Of a DNA stretch of 64,000 nucleotides, positions 6,833 to 16,453 are shown piece after piece. Positions within the stretch are counted from its first letter, which is position 1; every line of letters starts with the position of its first letter. The notes beneath the pieces are model-generated. The model saw only the letters and a list, made by a program, of their open reading frames with translations. It was not told where the DNA came from and made no database searches. Source of the DNA: a virus (lineage: Duplodnaviria > Caudoviricetes); the IMG/VR virus record IMGVR_UViG_3300017917_003016, positions 128,001-192,000 of that record, one strand, 5' to 3'. The position numbers and the translations under genes were made by a program.

Positions 6833-8851
6833 ATGAAAAAACATCTAAAGAAAATTTTGCTAACTCCTTGGACTGCACTGGTTACTCTAGCAGTGATTGT
6901 GGCCACAGTCTATCAAGGACCTGTGTTTGTTGAATCAGTTAAGTTACGATATTTTGACCAACTGATAACCAGTCAAACGCCGGTAGACAACCACATCTAT
7001 ACCGTAAACATAGATGAAGACACACTGAACAAGTACGGACAGTGGCCTTTCCGTCGCGATGTATATGCTCGTATCATCCAAGACCTTTATGCACACAATG
7101 CTGGTCTTGTGGTTTGGAACATCATGATGCCCGAGAGAGATCGACTGGGTGGCGACGATGCTCTTGCACAGACTCTGCAGAAGTATCCTGTAATCCTGAG
7201 CAATACTGTAGCAGAAAAAACTAAAAACACACCCAAGCGTCCAGGTAGTGCTGTTATTGGCTCTGAAAATCTAGATACCATTTATAACTATCCGGGCATT
7301 ATTGCTAATATTTCAGAATTAGAAAAACCTGCAGCGGGTGTAGGACTGGCCAACACTCTGCCGGAAATTGATGGTGTTAATCGTAGACTGCCGTTGTTTG
7401 CTGCCTATGATGGCAATGTTTATCCCAGCATACCTTTGGAAGTACTCAGAGTCGTAGCACAGGATTCAACATTTCAAGTTAAACTCAATGCCAACGGCGT
7501 TGAGAAAATGCGGGTACCAAGTTTTCGTCCCATAGCCACAGACAGTCTAGGTCAAATTTGGATCGACTGGAGTCAGAAGTCTTCTGCAGTGTCTGCAGTT
7601 AATTTGCCCACGGATTTTAATGGTGCTGTTGTAATTGTAGGTACCACTGCTGCCGGTCTAGGTAATCCAGTACCAACTAGCCTGGGCAGCATTTGGCCGC
7701 AGGAAATGCAGGCCGCAGTCATAGGTACGCTAGCCAACAATGTCAACATTGAACGTCCAGATTGGGCGCCTGCTGCAGAATTGTTGACCTTGATTGCTGT
7801 GAGTTTGGTTTTACTAACAGCCAGCAGATGGACCTATGCAGGCCTAGTCAGTGGAGTGGTTCTGTTGGTCAGCATAATTCCCATCAGTATGTATCTCTTT
7901 AACGAATACAAATTCCTAGTCGACGGTATAGTTCCAACTATAGGTGGCGGTATTGTCATGCTGCATGCCTATGGGGTCAAATTCATACAAGAATTCCTAC
8001 AAAAGCAGCAGATCAAACGTCAGTTTGGCACTTATCTGTCGCCTGACCTAGTAGCACAACTACAACGCAATCCAGACCTACTGCGTCTGGGGGGCACCAA
8101 GCAAGATCTGACCATCATGTTTACAGACGTCAGAGGATTTACCACAATCAGTGAACACTATGGTGAGGACGTTGAAGGATTAACCAGCATCATGAATCGT
8201 TACATGACTGCTATGACTCGTAAAATTTTGGAAAATCGTGGAACACTCGACAAGTATATCGGTGATGCTCAAATGGCCTTTTGGAATGCGCCAATTCAAG
8301 ATCCTGAACATGCTGTCCACGCAGTGCGTACAGGCCTAGAAATGATGGAGAGTTTAGATGCGTTTAATAAAGAAATTGCTCTGGAGGGAGTTCCCGCCTT
8401 CGGGATGGGGCTTGGCATTAATACTGGTCCTGTTGTTGTTGGTAATATGGGGAGTGAACAGCGTTTCGACTACACCTGCCTCGGTGACGCCGTTAATTTG
8501 GCGAGTCGCCTAGAGGGTCAATCAAAGCCCTACGGAGTCAAGATGATTCTAGGAGCCAAGACTGCTGATTTGGTCAAGGATCATTTTGACCTAGTAGAGT
8601 TGGATAGGATTGCAGTCAAAGGCAAAACAGTGGGTGTTAAAATCTACACCATTGGCAAGACTATCAAATACAAGCACGATGAATTTCTAAAATCTTATTA
8701 TAGGGGTGATTGGGACCGTGCTAAAAAGTTTTGCCGAGAACTAGTCAATGACAAGACCAATGTCACTGACTACTATGAGAAGATGCTGGAACGACTCAAT
8801 GAAGGTATCCCAGATAACTGGGATGGTACCTACCGAGCAACCAGCAAGTAA
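6833..8851 (+). CDS. CHASE2-domain class III adenylate cyclase (membrane-bound)
   Basis: CHASE2 motif IDEDTL..YGQWPF.R, three TM helices, MFTDVRGFT, DKYIGD, GNMGS..RFDYT..GDAVNLASR. Confidence 0.92.
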   Translation: MKKHLKKILLTPWTALVTLAVIVATVYQGPVFVESVKLRYFDQLITSQTPVDNHIYTVNIDEDTLNKYGQWPFRRDVYARIIQDLYAHNAGLVVWNIMMPERDRLGGDDALAQTLQKYPVILSNTVAEKTKNTPKRPGSAVIGSENLDTIYNYPGIIANISELEKPAAGVGLANTLPEIDGVNRRLPLFAAYDGNVYPSIPLEVLRVVAQDSTFQVKLNANGVEKMRVPSFRPIATDSLGQIWIDWSQKSSAVSAVNLPTDFNGAVVIVGTTAAGLGNPVPTSLGSIWPQEMQAAVIGTLANNVNIERPDWAPAAELLTLIAVSLVLLTASRWTYAGLVSGVVLLVSIIPISMYLFNEYKFLVDGIVPTIGGGIVMLHAYGVKFIQEFLQKQQIKRQFGTYLSPDLVAQLQRNPDLLRLGGTKQDLTIMFTDVRGFTTISEHYGEDVEGLTSIMNRYMTAMTRKILENRGTLDKYIGDAQMAFWNAPIQDPEHAVHAVRTGLEMMESLDAFNKEIALEGVPAFGMGLGINTGPVVVGNMGSEQRFDYTCLGDAVNLASRLEGQSKPYGVKMILGAKTADLVKDHFDLVELDRIAVKGKTVGVKIYTIGKTIKYKHDEFLKSYYRGDWDRAKKFCRELVNDKTNVTDYYEKMLERLNEGIPDNWDGTYRATSK

Positions 8852-8863
8852 AAGGAGACTTGG

Positions 8864-9631
8864 ATGAAAAAATTACTATGCGTGGCTCTTGCCACCTTTG
8901 TAAGTTTCACCGTACAGGCAAAAGCAATTACTGCCAAAAGTTTTTTAGTAGCCGACAATCACGGCGAAATACTTGCAGAAAAAAACCCAGAAAGAACACA
9001 ACCCATTGCCAGTATTACTAAACTAATGACGGTAATGGTTGTGTTAAATGCCAGACAAGATTTGTCTGATGATCTAAATCTTGAATGGAAATTGAGAGGT
9101 AGATATCACACTAGACTACCTAGATATCTGAAAACTCTAACCCGAGGCGAACTTGTACAATTGGCCATTGTAAAGAGTGATAACTTTGCTGCATATACTC
9201 TTTGTCAAAATTATCCTGGGGGTGTAGAAAATTGTGTGTTGGCTATGAATCGAGAAGCCGCAAGAATAGGCATGCGCGATACCTATTTTACTGATCCAAC
9301 TGGATTGGACCGGGGCAATGTCAGCAATGCTCGAGATTTGGTTAAATTAGTATTAGCCGCGCATCAATACTCAGAAATCACTGCTGCTAGTTCTCAGGCT
9401 AAAGTCAGTATAACTGCACGCCGCGGCCATGCCGAATTTGGCAATACCAATCCTATGGTTAGAATGGGCGAGGATGTAATAGTCAGCAAAACGGGTTATA
9501 TTAACAGCAGCGGCGGCTGTATTGTTATGATGTTAAACACTCGCGAGGGGCCGCGTGTTGTAGTGGTCCTGGGCAGTCGTAATACTCGTACACGAATACC
9601 TGAGGCTAAACTGATTATGGCTAGGCTCTGA
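8864..9631 (+). CDS. D-alanyl-D-alanine carboxypeptidase/endopeptidase (peptidase S11, PbpG-like)
   Basis: Signal peptide; ASITKLMT (SxxK), SDN (SxN), SKTG. Confidence 0.9.
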   Translation: MKKLLCVALATFVSFTVQAKAITAKSFLVADNHGEILAEKNPERTQPIASITKLMTVMVVLNARQDLSDDLNLEWKLRGRYHTRLPRYLKTLTRGELVQLAIVKSDNFAAYTLCQNYPGGVENCVLAMNREAARIGMRDTYFTDPTGLDRGNVSNARDLVKLVLAAHQYSEITAASSQAKVSITARRGHAEFGNTNPMVRMGEDVIVSKTGYINSSGGCIVMMLNTREGPRVVVVLGSRNTRTRIPEAKLIMARL

Positions 9632-10322
9632 TTTTAGCCAATTTGAAGTATTCAAATAACTTAATCCAGACCCATCCAATGTCAAACTCATACCATTTTA
9701 GGCTTAGTTTGGCATTGGCTCCATTGCCATGATGATTGTTGTGTAATTCTTCGCCGCCAATCCAAATCCCCCATGGCAGCAAATTGCGGCTGGTGTCTGC
9801 AACATCATAGTTGCGATATCCCCACCAGTGTGCTAGGCCATTAATAACACCTGCTGCCCAAAAAGGTATCCATAGCAGTTGAACTAGCCACACTAAAATT
9901 CCCCACCAATCAAACAGCAGAACGTTAAAAAACAGCAGAATGGTAAACCCAAGGGTACTATATTTAGAGTAGACGTTACGTTCAACCCAATCATTGGGTG
10001 TACCTACTCCCAATTCCAGTACTTTGGGATCACGAGCAGCCCGTTTGTATAACCATACCCCCTTGAACAAGACTGTCCAAATTCCGTAAATTTTAGGACT
10101 GTGCGGATCTAATTCAGTGTCACTGGCCTGATGATGTTTGCGATGCACTGCCACCCACTCTCGAGTAACCATGCCAGTGGTTAGCCATAACCAGAAACGC
10201 ATAAAGTGTGATATCGCAGGATGAAATGTTACCGAACGATGTGCTTGACTACGGTGTAGATAAAGTGTGACGCACATAATAGTAATGTGCGTCAACACCA
10301 AAGTATAGATGACAGGAGACAT
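9621..10322 (-). CDS. Delta-9-type membrane fatty acid desaturase
   Basis: Three His boxes HRSQAH, HRKHH, HNNHH with TM segments. Confidence 0.9.
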   Translation of the reverse strand: MSPVIYTLVLTHITIMCVTLYLHRSQAHRSVTFHPAISHFMRFWLWLTTGMVTREWVAVHRKHHQASDTELDPHSPKIYGIWTVLFKGVWLYKRAARDPKVLELGVGTPNDWVERNVYSKYSTLGFTILLFFNVLLFDWWGILVWLVQLLWIPFWAAGVINGLAHWWGYRNYDVADTSRNLLPWGIWIGGEELHNNHHGNGANAKLSLKWYEFDIGWVWIKLFEYFKLAKIRA

Positions 10323-10329
10323 CTAGTAT

Positions 10330-10671
10330 TTAACCTTCTCCTGCCGCTGCTGTATTATCGTCTTCTGTTCGTTTCTTTTCCGCGTCGAAGTGCGGACGAT
10401 TTATTATTTTTTCTGCTTCGACACGTTCATACTCAATGGTTTTACCGCGTAGGTGTAGCACTGTATTGACCTTTTGATTAAGTCTAATTAGGTCGTTGTC
10501 CAGCATACGAATGCGGTCAATCAGTGCAATCAACACTGTATTGGCCTCGCTCAGCACGGGTTTGGCTTCTTTTGTAGCCCATAACCACACATAGTACACC
10601 AAATAACCCGCACCAACTGCTGCTACTATAGGAAAACCATATTTTGAAATTAAACCAGCGATGTCTTCCAT
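10330..10671 (-). CDS. Small membrane protein (paralog of 11488..11769)
   Basis: GFPIVAA TM helix then DRIRMLDNDLIRL coiled coil. Confidence 0.7.
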   Translation of the reverse strand: MEDIAGLISKYGFPIVAAVGAGYLVYYVWLWATKEAKPVLSEANTVLIALIDRIRMLDNDLIRLNQKVNTVLHLRGKTIEYERVEAEKIINRPHFDAEKKRTEDDNTAAAGEG

Positions 10672-10681
10672 TTTTTAATCC

Positions 10682-11257
10682 TTAGAAAAATAAGAATAAA
10701 CCCTGCAGCATTAAAACCAGACCAGCGCCAGCCACAACAAAACTTCCCCAAAACAATGCCATGCTTATTGATAAAATACTAGCACTTAATAATACAATGC
10801 TCAATTGATAAGCAGTGCTGGCATATCCTACCCATGGAAGTTGTTCTTTGTGATGATCACGTTCTGCTTCTAATGCTTTGGCTCGAACAAATAGTTCTTT
10901 CTTTCCTTCTCCAGAGGATACATCGCTTTCATAACTTTCAGCCTTGTTTTGATATTTGGCTGCTGCTATAAAATTACCTCGATCCTGTGCTTGCTGTGCG
11001 GCTAACTCATACTGAGTTTGTTTAATTGATTTGGCTTGATAGAAAGCCCATAAGTCATTGGCCTGTATGGTATTGTTCATTACCTTACTGTTAAGACTGC
11101 CCTGCAGCCACATGTTAAAAGCCAACAGTGCAGCAAACACATTGATGACCATCCCTGCGCGAGTTTTGATGAATCTTTCTCTCGCAGTAACTTCGATGGG
11201 CATTTCTTTTTCCTTATGCCGAGTAACCATTTTTAAAACGGTGTCTGTAAATGCCAT
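10682..11257 (-). CDS. DUF4337-like membrane protein
   Basis: TM, ANDLWAFYQAKSIK motif, coiled coil, two C-terminal TMs. Confidence 0.7.
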   Translation of the reverse strand: MAFTDTVLKMVTRHKEKEMPIEVTARERFIKTRAGMVINVFAALLAFNMWLQGSLNSKVMNNTIQANDLWAFYQAKSIKQTQYELAAQQAQDRGNFIAAAKYQNKAESYESDVSSGEGKKELFVRAKALEAERDHHKEQLPWVGYASTAYQLSIVLLSASILSISMALFWGSFVVAGAGLVLMLQGLFLFF

Positions 11258-11278
11258 TTTTCTAGCTCCTAGTGTCGT

Positions 11279-11488
11279 TTAATAAACAGGAATAGGTGGT
11301 ATAGATTCTTCTGTAGTTGTTTTAGAAATCTCACCTTGTTTGATTTTATATAATACTATCCTGTTATTGAATAGTTTTACTTCAAAATGATCTCCGTCAC
11401 TCCAGTTTAATTTTTCTAGAGTAAGTTCTCGATCTAAAATCATGTTACCATTTGGACCAACTTCAAAGTAGTAATCGACGAATAACAT
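11279..11488 (-). CDS. Hypothetical protein
   Basis: Overlaps stop of upstream gene in operon. Confidence 0.55.
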   Translation of the reverse strand: MLFVDYYFEVGPNGNMILDRELTLEKLNWSDGDHFEVKLFNNRIVLYKIKQGEISKTTTEESIPPIPVY

Positions 11489-11769
11489 TAGTCTCTCCTT
11501 GCGTCATTTTTACCGTCAGCACGGGCTATACGGTCAACATCAGGGCGCAGACCTAATGCATTTGAAACTATGGTATCTATACGTACTACATCATGGTTCA
11601 TGGTCTTAACACGATTATCTAGGGCCACAATGATACCAGCCATGCCTTTGATACTACCAAGCACGCCTGCTAGGATAAATTTTAGTGTTAGGAAAACGAA
11701 ATAACCACCCGCCGTTGCGGCGGCAATCGGAAAACCCACCTCGCCGATGAGTTTAAATATATCACCCAT
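11488..11769 (-). CDS. Small membrane protein (paralog of 10330..10671)
   Basis: GFPIAAA TM helix then DNRVKTMNHDVVRID; GGAG RBS. Confidence 0.7.
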   Translation of the reverse strand: MGDIFKLIGEVGFPIAAATAGGYFVFLTLKFILAGVLGSIKGMAGIIVALDNRVKTMNHDVVRIDTIVSNALGLRPDVDRIARADGKNDARRD

Positions 11770-11859
11770 TTGTCTGCTCCTTGAAACTCTTTTATGCCAC
11801 TTTGAATTATTATTATCGGCAAGTTTTTATTGTAAAAATATTTATAGGAGTTGAATAAT

Positions 11860-13023
11860 TTAATGTGTTAGCACTTTATAAATTGCCTTATAGTCAATAT
11901 GGCTATCGTCATATCCTAATTCTTTGAACAGTGTTTGACAATTTTCTAACAGTTCTTTGGTGATGACGTGTTTAAAGTCACTGTAAAAGTGATTGAAGTT
12001 ATGCTCAACGATGGGAGCAATTTCTCTAGCGATTTCTAATTTTTCTCCAGCAGACAAATTGCAGTATCGATGCAGTTCTTGAACCACAAATTCAATTCTT
12101 TGATCATTGTCTTTGATATCATCATATGATTCATCGATGAATGGCGAGAAACTTTTGAAACCGTAGTGTTTTAGATAGGCTAGATTGCCTGGTGCAGCCA
12201 AAAGAATAAAAGGTTGTTTGCTGACAATAGGTTTAAATGTTTTTTCTGTTAAGTGCAGTTTATCATAGTAGAAAACCGTTTCGGTTACCACATGCCAAAA
12301 TGCACTGTAGTCTTTGACATTATTGTTTTCGTCGTGTATGTCTAGAGTTCTGGGAATATCAGCACTGGCACTACCGTGTACATAAGGTCGATCGATTACC
12401 AATTTGTCAAGTTTGGCCATGTGCGTTTGTATATGTTGTATGGCATTGTAACTAAGTTTAGTTTGAGGATCTGTCACCTCAACACGCCAATCTGATTCAT
12501 CGTTATCGGTAACTCCAAAACTGACCAGCCCTTGATTGAGTAACTGATGTTCTTTTAGAAGAGACACAAAATAAATCCTAAAACTTCGATCCCCATATAT
12601 AAGTCTATTATAGGTGATAAAGTCTTTTTTAGGTTGTTCCGTCATTGGTTTATTATAATTCAAAGTATGATAACCACGGAACCAATCTAGAGCCGCAAAG
12701 CCATGAAAAAAGTAGTAAAGCGAACTGAGTTTATACTTTGTGCAGATGTCAGTTACTAATCGAGATTTTTCACTGGACACAAAAACACCGGGTACTGGAA
12801 TATTTTCAAGATGATCTAAGTAAGGTTTTGTTGTTGAAAGTAATACCGGTTCTTGGTCATAAAAAAAGATTTTTCTCTCAGCGTGGGGAGTTTGCGTAAA
12901 TACCATTATGTCAGATCTTGACGCATTTACTATGATTGGTACTCCTCTATCTAGATACCAAAATAAAAAATCTTTAAAAATTTTATCGTAGAAAAATTCG
13001 TAAACGTGATCAACTTGGAGCAT
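11860..13023 (-). CDS. Glycosyltransferase-like protein of a family common in large-phage glycan islands
   Basis: C-terminal VTETVFY...LTEKTFKPI...PFILLAAPGNL.YLK.YGFKSF...DESYD; start uncertain. Confidence 0.5.
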   Translation of the reverse strand: MLQVDHVYEFFYDKIFKDFLFWYLDRGVPIIVNASRSDIMVFTQTPHAERKIFFYDQEPVLLSTTKPYLDHLENIPVPGVFVSSEKSRLVTDICTKYKLSSLYYFFHGFAALDWFRGYHTLNYNKPMTEQPKKDFITYNRLIYGDRSFRIYFVSLLKEHQLLNQGLVSFGVTDNDESDWRVEVTDPQTKLSYNAIQHIQTHMAKLDKLVIDRPYVHGSASADIPRTLDIHDENNNVKDYSAFWHVVTETVFYYDKLHLTEKTFKPIVSKQPFILLAAPGNLAYLKHYGFKSFSPFIDESYDDIKDNDQRIEFVVQELHRYCNLSAGEKLEIAREIAPIVEHNFNHFYSDFKHVITKELLENCQTLFKELGYDDSHIDYKAIYKVLTH

Positions 13024-13024
13024 T

Positions 13025-14272
13025 ATGTCATTTCAATTAAAAACTGTAGGTTTTGTTGGTATTGGTAAACTAGGACTTCCCTGCGCTGAGTCAATGGCGC
13101 AAAAATATGATGTTACGGGCTATGATATTTACTCTAAAAAGTCAGACAAGATCAAGATATCTGATAATTTAGAGGGTGCTTGTAAAAACAAGGATGTTAT
13201 TTTTGTGGCTGTGCAAACACCGCACGATCCAATATATGATGGTAGTCAACCTATCACACATTTGGACAACAAAGACTTTGACTATACTGCAGTCAAACAA
13301 GTGCTGGCTAACATAAATCAATATGTAAACAATCAACAACTAGTGGTTCTTATATCAACAGTTCTGCCCGGAACCACACGACGAGAACTACGTAAATGTA
13401 TATCTAATGCAAGATTTATATACAATCCTTATCTAATTGCTATGGGCAGTGTGGCCTGGGACATGGTCAATCCTGAAATGATCATTATTGGTACCGAAGA
13501 CGGCAGTTTAACTGGTGACGCTCAATTGCTCAAAGACTTCTATGATCCGTTAATGGAAAACAATCCTCGCTATGCCATTGGCACATGGGATGAAGCCGAA
13601 GCAATTAAAATTTTCTATAATACATTTATCAGTGCTAAGATTGGCCTAGTAAACATGATTCAGGACGTGGCTATGAAAAACGGTAACATCAACGTTGATA
13701 TAGTTACAGAGGCTCTGGCAAACAGCACTAAACGCATAGTCAGCAGCAAATATATGAAGGCAGGTATGGGAGATGCTGGACCTTGTCATCCCCGCGATAA
13801 CATAGCATTGCGTTGGTTAGCAGAACATTTAGATCTAGGCTATGATATTTTTGATACCATCATGCATGCCAGAGAAAAGCAAGCAGAAAATTTGGCTAAA
13901 TTTTTAATTCAACTACAAAAAGAAAACAATTTGCCCATAGTCATGCACGGCAAGGCCTACAAGCCAGACATCGACATCTTAGATGGTAGTTACAGTCTGT
14001 TAATCGGCAGTTATCTAAAAGAATCTAAGGCTAATTTCTTTTATGTCGATCCCATGACCAAAGATCTTTGGCACGACCCAAAGCCAGCAATTATTCTTTT
14101 GGCACACAATAGACAGGTTACCTATGGATATACAGGCACTGCAAGTGAACAGGATTTATATTTTATTCCCTCTGGTGGCAGCATCATTGTTGACCCGTGG
14201 AGAACCTTCACTACTGATATAAAAAACTATCGAGTAATTCACTATGGCAACACTAGAAAAATTTCATCTTGA
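13025..14272 (+). CDS. UDP-glucose/GDP-mannose dehydrogenase family protein
   Basis: GIGKLG Rossmann motif, EAIKIFYNTFI, GDAGPCHPRD catalytic Cys, GKAYKP. Confidence 0.88.
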   Translation: MSFQLKTVGFVGIGKLGLPCAESMAQKYDVTGYDIYSKKSDKIKISDNLEGACKNKDVIFVAVQTPHDPIYDGSQPITHLDNKDFDYTAVKQVLANINQYVNNQQLVVLISTVLPGTTRRELRKCISNARFIYNPYLIAMGSVAWDMVNPEMIIIGTEDGSLTGDAQLLKDFYDPLMENNPRYAIGTWDEAEAIKIFYNTFISAKIGLVNMIQDVAMKNGNINVDIVTEALANSTKRIVSSKYMKAGMGDAGPCHPRDNIALRWLAEHLDLGYDIFDTIMHAREKQAENLAKFLIQLQKENNLPIVMHGKAYKPDIDILDGSYSLLIGSYLKESKANFFYVDPMTKDLWHDPKPAIILLAHNRQVTYGYTGTASEQDLYFIPSGGSIIVDPWRTFTTDIKNYRVIHYGNTRKISS

Positions 14273-14756
14273 ACCTTTTTGGGATAACCAATATGTTAGA
14301 CTAGAATACAAAAATGAACCATTTAACAGCCACCTTGATGTGTCACGGTGGTTGGTAATGGGCTACGGACCTAAATTCACTGGCGACATGTGTGACATGA
14401 GAAAATCTCAGCCCGATTGGAACAATCAAATAATCAAACACTTTCAAAATTTGGGTTGGCAAGATGTCTGCACTAGTTACTACCGAATGACCAGCGGCAC
14501 TGTATTGCCCGAACATATTGATACCTACAAACGATACATAGAAATTTTTAACCTCAAAGGTTGCGAACAGACCATACAACGTGCATTGATATTTTTAGAA
14601 GATTGGGCCAGTGGTCACTATTTGGAAATAGAACAGGTTCCCATAACGGGCTGGGCACGAGGAGACTACTATGTTTGGTCTAAAGACACACCACATATGG
14701 CTGCAAACCTAGGTGCAAGACCTAGATATACTCTACAGGTCACTGGACACCTATGA
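14244..14756 (+). CDS. 2OG-Fe(II) oxygenase-like (double-stranded beta-helix) protein
   Basis: LPEHID (HxD), distal H in PHMAAN, RYTLQVTG. Confidence 0.6.
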   Translation: MATLEKFHLEPFWDNQYVRLEYKNEPFNSHLDVSRWLVMGYGPKFTGDMCDMRKSQPDWNNQIIKHFQNLGWQDVCTSYYRMTSGTVLPEHIDTYKRYIEIFNLKGCEQTIQRALIFLEDWASGHYLEIEQVPITGWARGDYYVWSKDTPHMAANLGARPRYTLQVTGHL

Positions 14757-15664
14757 TAATAAACAGCACCAACGAATGGGGAAGATTGCGCAGTGTAGTT
14801 GTGGGCACGGCCAATCATGCTAACTGGCCAACAAATGATCCAGTTTTTTCTCAAGAAAGTCTCAAAACAACATGGAAAGAAACCCCAGTGCCACAGGGTC
14901 CCGTTCCACAATGGATTATCGACGAAACCAACGAAGACTTAGAAAAATTAGTCGATACTTTGAAACTAATGTCTATAGATGTAGTACGTCCTAAAGACAT
15001 GAATTTTCAACAGTTGGGGGGAATGTATAACTACTGCCCCCGTGATCGCTTGTTAATCTGGAAAGATTATATAGTTGATACTGCCATGATGTATCCCTGT
15101 CGAAACATGGAAATTCATGCATTGTCTGACATAACCGCTGCCGGAAAAGTAATCAGCATGCCTCGTGATCAAGGTCTGATCCTTGATGCGGCCAATATCT
15201 GTCGATTAGGCAACACTTGGTTATTTTTAGAAAGTTCTAGTGGCAATCGTTTGGCCTACGAGTGGTTACAAAAACGATTTAGCGATATCAATATCGAGTT
15301 GGTAAATTTTTACTCTGGTGTACATATTGACTCGACTATATGTCCGCTGCGTGAGGGATTTGTAGTGTTAAATGCCAGTCGTGTCACAGCCAGCAATTGT
15401 CCTAAAGCCTTTGACGGGTGGACGAAGTTATGGGTTGACCATGTAGAAGCACAGAGTTTCTACCAATATCCCTATGCCAGCAAATGGATCGGTCTTAACA
15501 TGTTAAGTATCGATCCAAACACCGTTGTTGTTGATCAAAATCAAGTGCAGTTAATCAAAGATCTAGAAAAATTTGGGTTTACGGTAATACCTTTAGAACT
15601 ACGACATTCACGTACTCTAGGGGGAGGGTTCCACTGTGTAACCCTTGATTTACTTAGGGATTAA
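14753..15664 (+). CDS. Amidinotransferase (GATM/StrB1 family)
   Basis: NEWG.L..VVVG, YCPRD, LDAAN, HIDST, GGGFHCVTLD. Confidence 0.88.
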   Translation: MIINSTNEWGRLRSVVVGTANHANWPTNDPVFSQESLKTTWKETPVPQGPVPQWIIDETNEDLEKLVDTLKLMSIDVVRPKDMNFQQLGGMYNYCPRDRLLIWKDYIVDTAMMYPCRNMEIHALSDITAAGKVISMPRDQGLILDAANICRLGNTWLFLESSSGNRLAYEWLQKRFSDINIELVNFYSGVHIDSTICPLREGFVVLNASRVTASNCPKAFDGWTKLWVDHVEAQSFYQYPYASKWIGLNMLSIDPNTVVVDQNQVQLIKDLEKFGFTVIPLELRHSRTLGGGFHCVTLDLLRD

Positions 15665-15688
15665 TAAATAATAAAAAATGGAAATTTT

Positions 15689-16420
15689 ATGTCCCAAAGT
15701 TTTGCTAGGTACACAGAAACATCTGTAAAAGCCTACCAGTTCAATCCAAAGAAGAACGAGATCATTGATCGTAAAAAAGAAATATTGGATTCTATAATCG
15801 ATCATTATGGTAGTTCTCCTTCCTCTGTTCTATTCTACGGGTTTAGTCCTCTTATGCTGGGCTGTAATTCCAAACAGATTGCAGTGGCCAGTATAACTTC
15901 TGAAATAAAAACTTTTCTGGATACGCTGTCAATTAAATACAGTTATATCAAAGAAGAAGATTTAACACAGTATCGCAAGAAATTTAACTGGGTAATTGCT
16001 GGAGATGAGTATTTTACTTTTGCGCAGTCTGAACAGGAACAAATGACTAAAATACAAGAAACCTGCTCGTTGGCACAAGATCTAATGATTACAACCCTAA
16101 AAGACTACAAGAATCAAGATTTTCGAGACCGTGAATTTAGCCAGCCGTTGGCTGTGCACTGTCAAAATAATACAAAAATATTTTTAGAGAATCATGACCA
16201 TGATTTAACTGATAGAAATTCATGGCAAACCACAGTGTGGGAATTAGAAAAAACAAAGTCTAACGTATACGGACCTTTTGCCAGACGTAGCATGTATTTT
16301 AAACAGATGGCTAAATTTTCAATTGATGCAGGTGCTAAGAATTTCTTTGTACATAAGAATTTAATGTACAAAAGTTTAATAAAAAAGAACTACGAGCACG
16401 TAATATCAATTAGTTTTTAA
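15689..16420 (+). CDS. Hypothetical protein
   Basis: 243-aa ORF after AATAAATA motif. Confidence 0.7.
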   Translation: MSQSFARYTETSVKAYQFNPKKNEIIDRKKEILDSIIDHYGSSPSSVLFYGFSPLMLGCNSKQIAVASITSEIKTFLDTLSIKYSYIKEEDLTQYRKKFNWVIAGDEYFTFAQSEQEQMTKIQETCSLAQDLMITTLKDYKNQDFRDREFSQPLAVHCQNNTKIFLENHDHDLTDRNSWQTTVWELEKTKSNVYGPFARRSMYFKQMAKFSIDAGAKNFFVHKNLMYKSLIKKNYEHVISISF

Positions 16421-16453
16421 AACTTGTAAACTGATAGTTTAATTCAAAGACAT

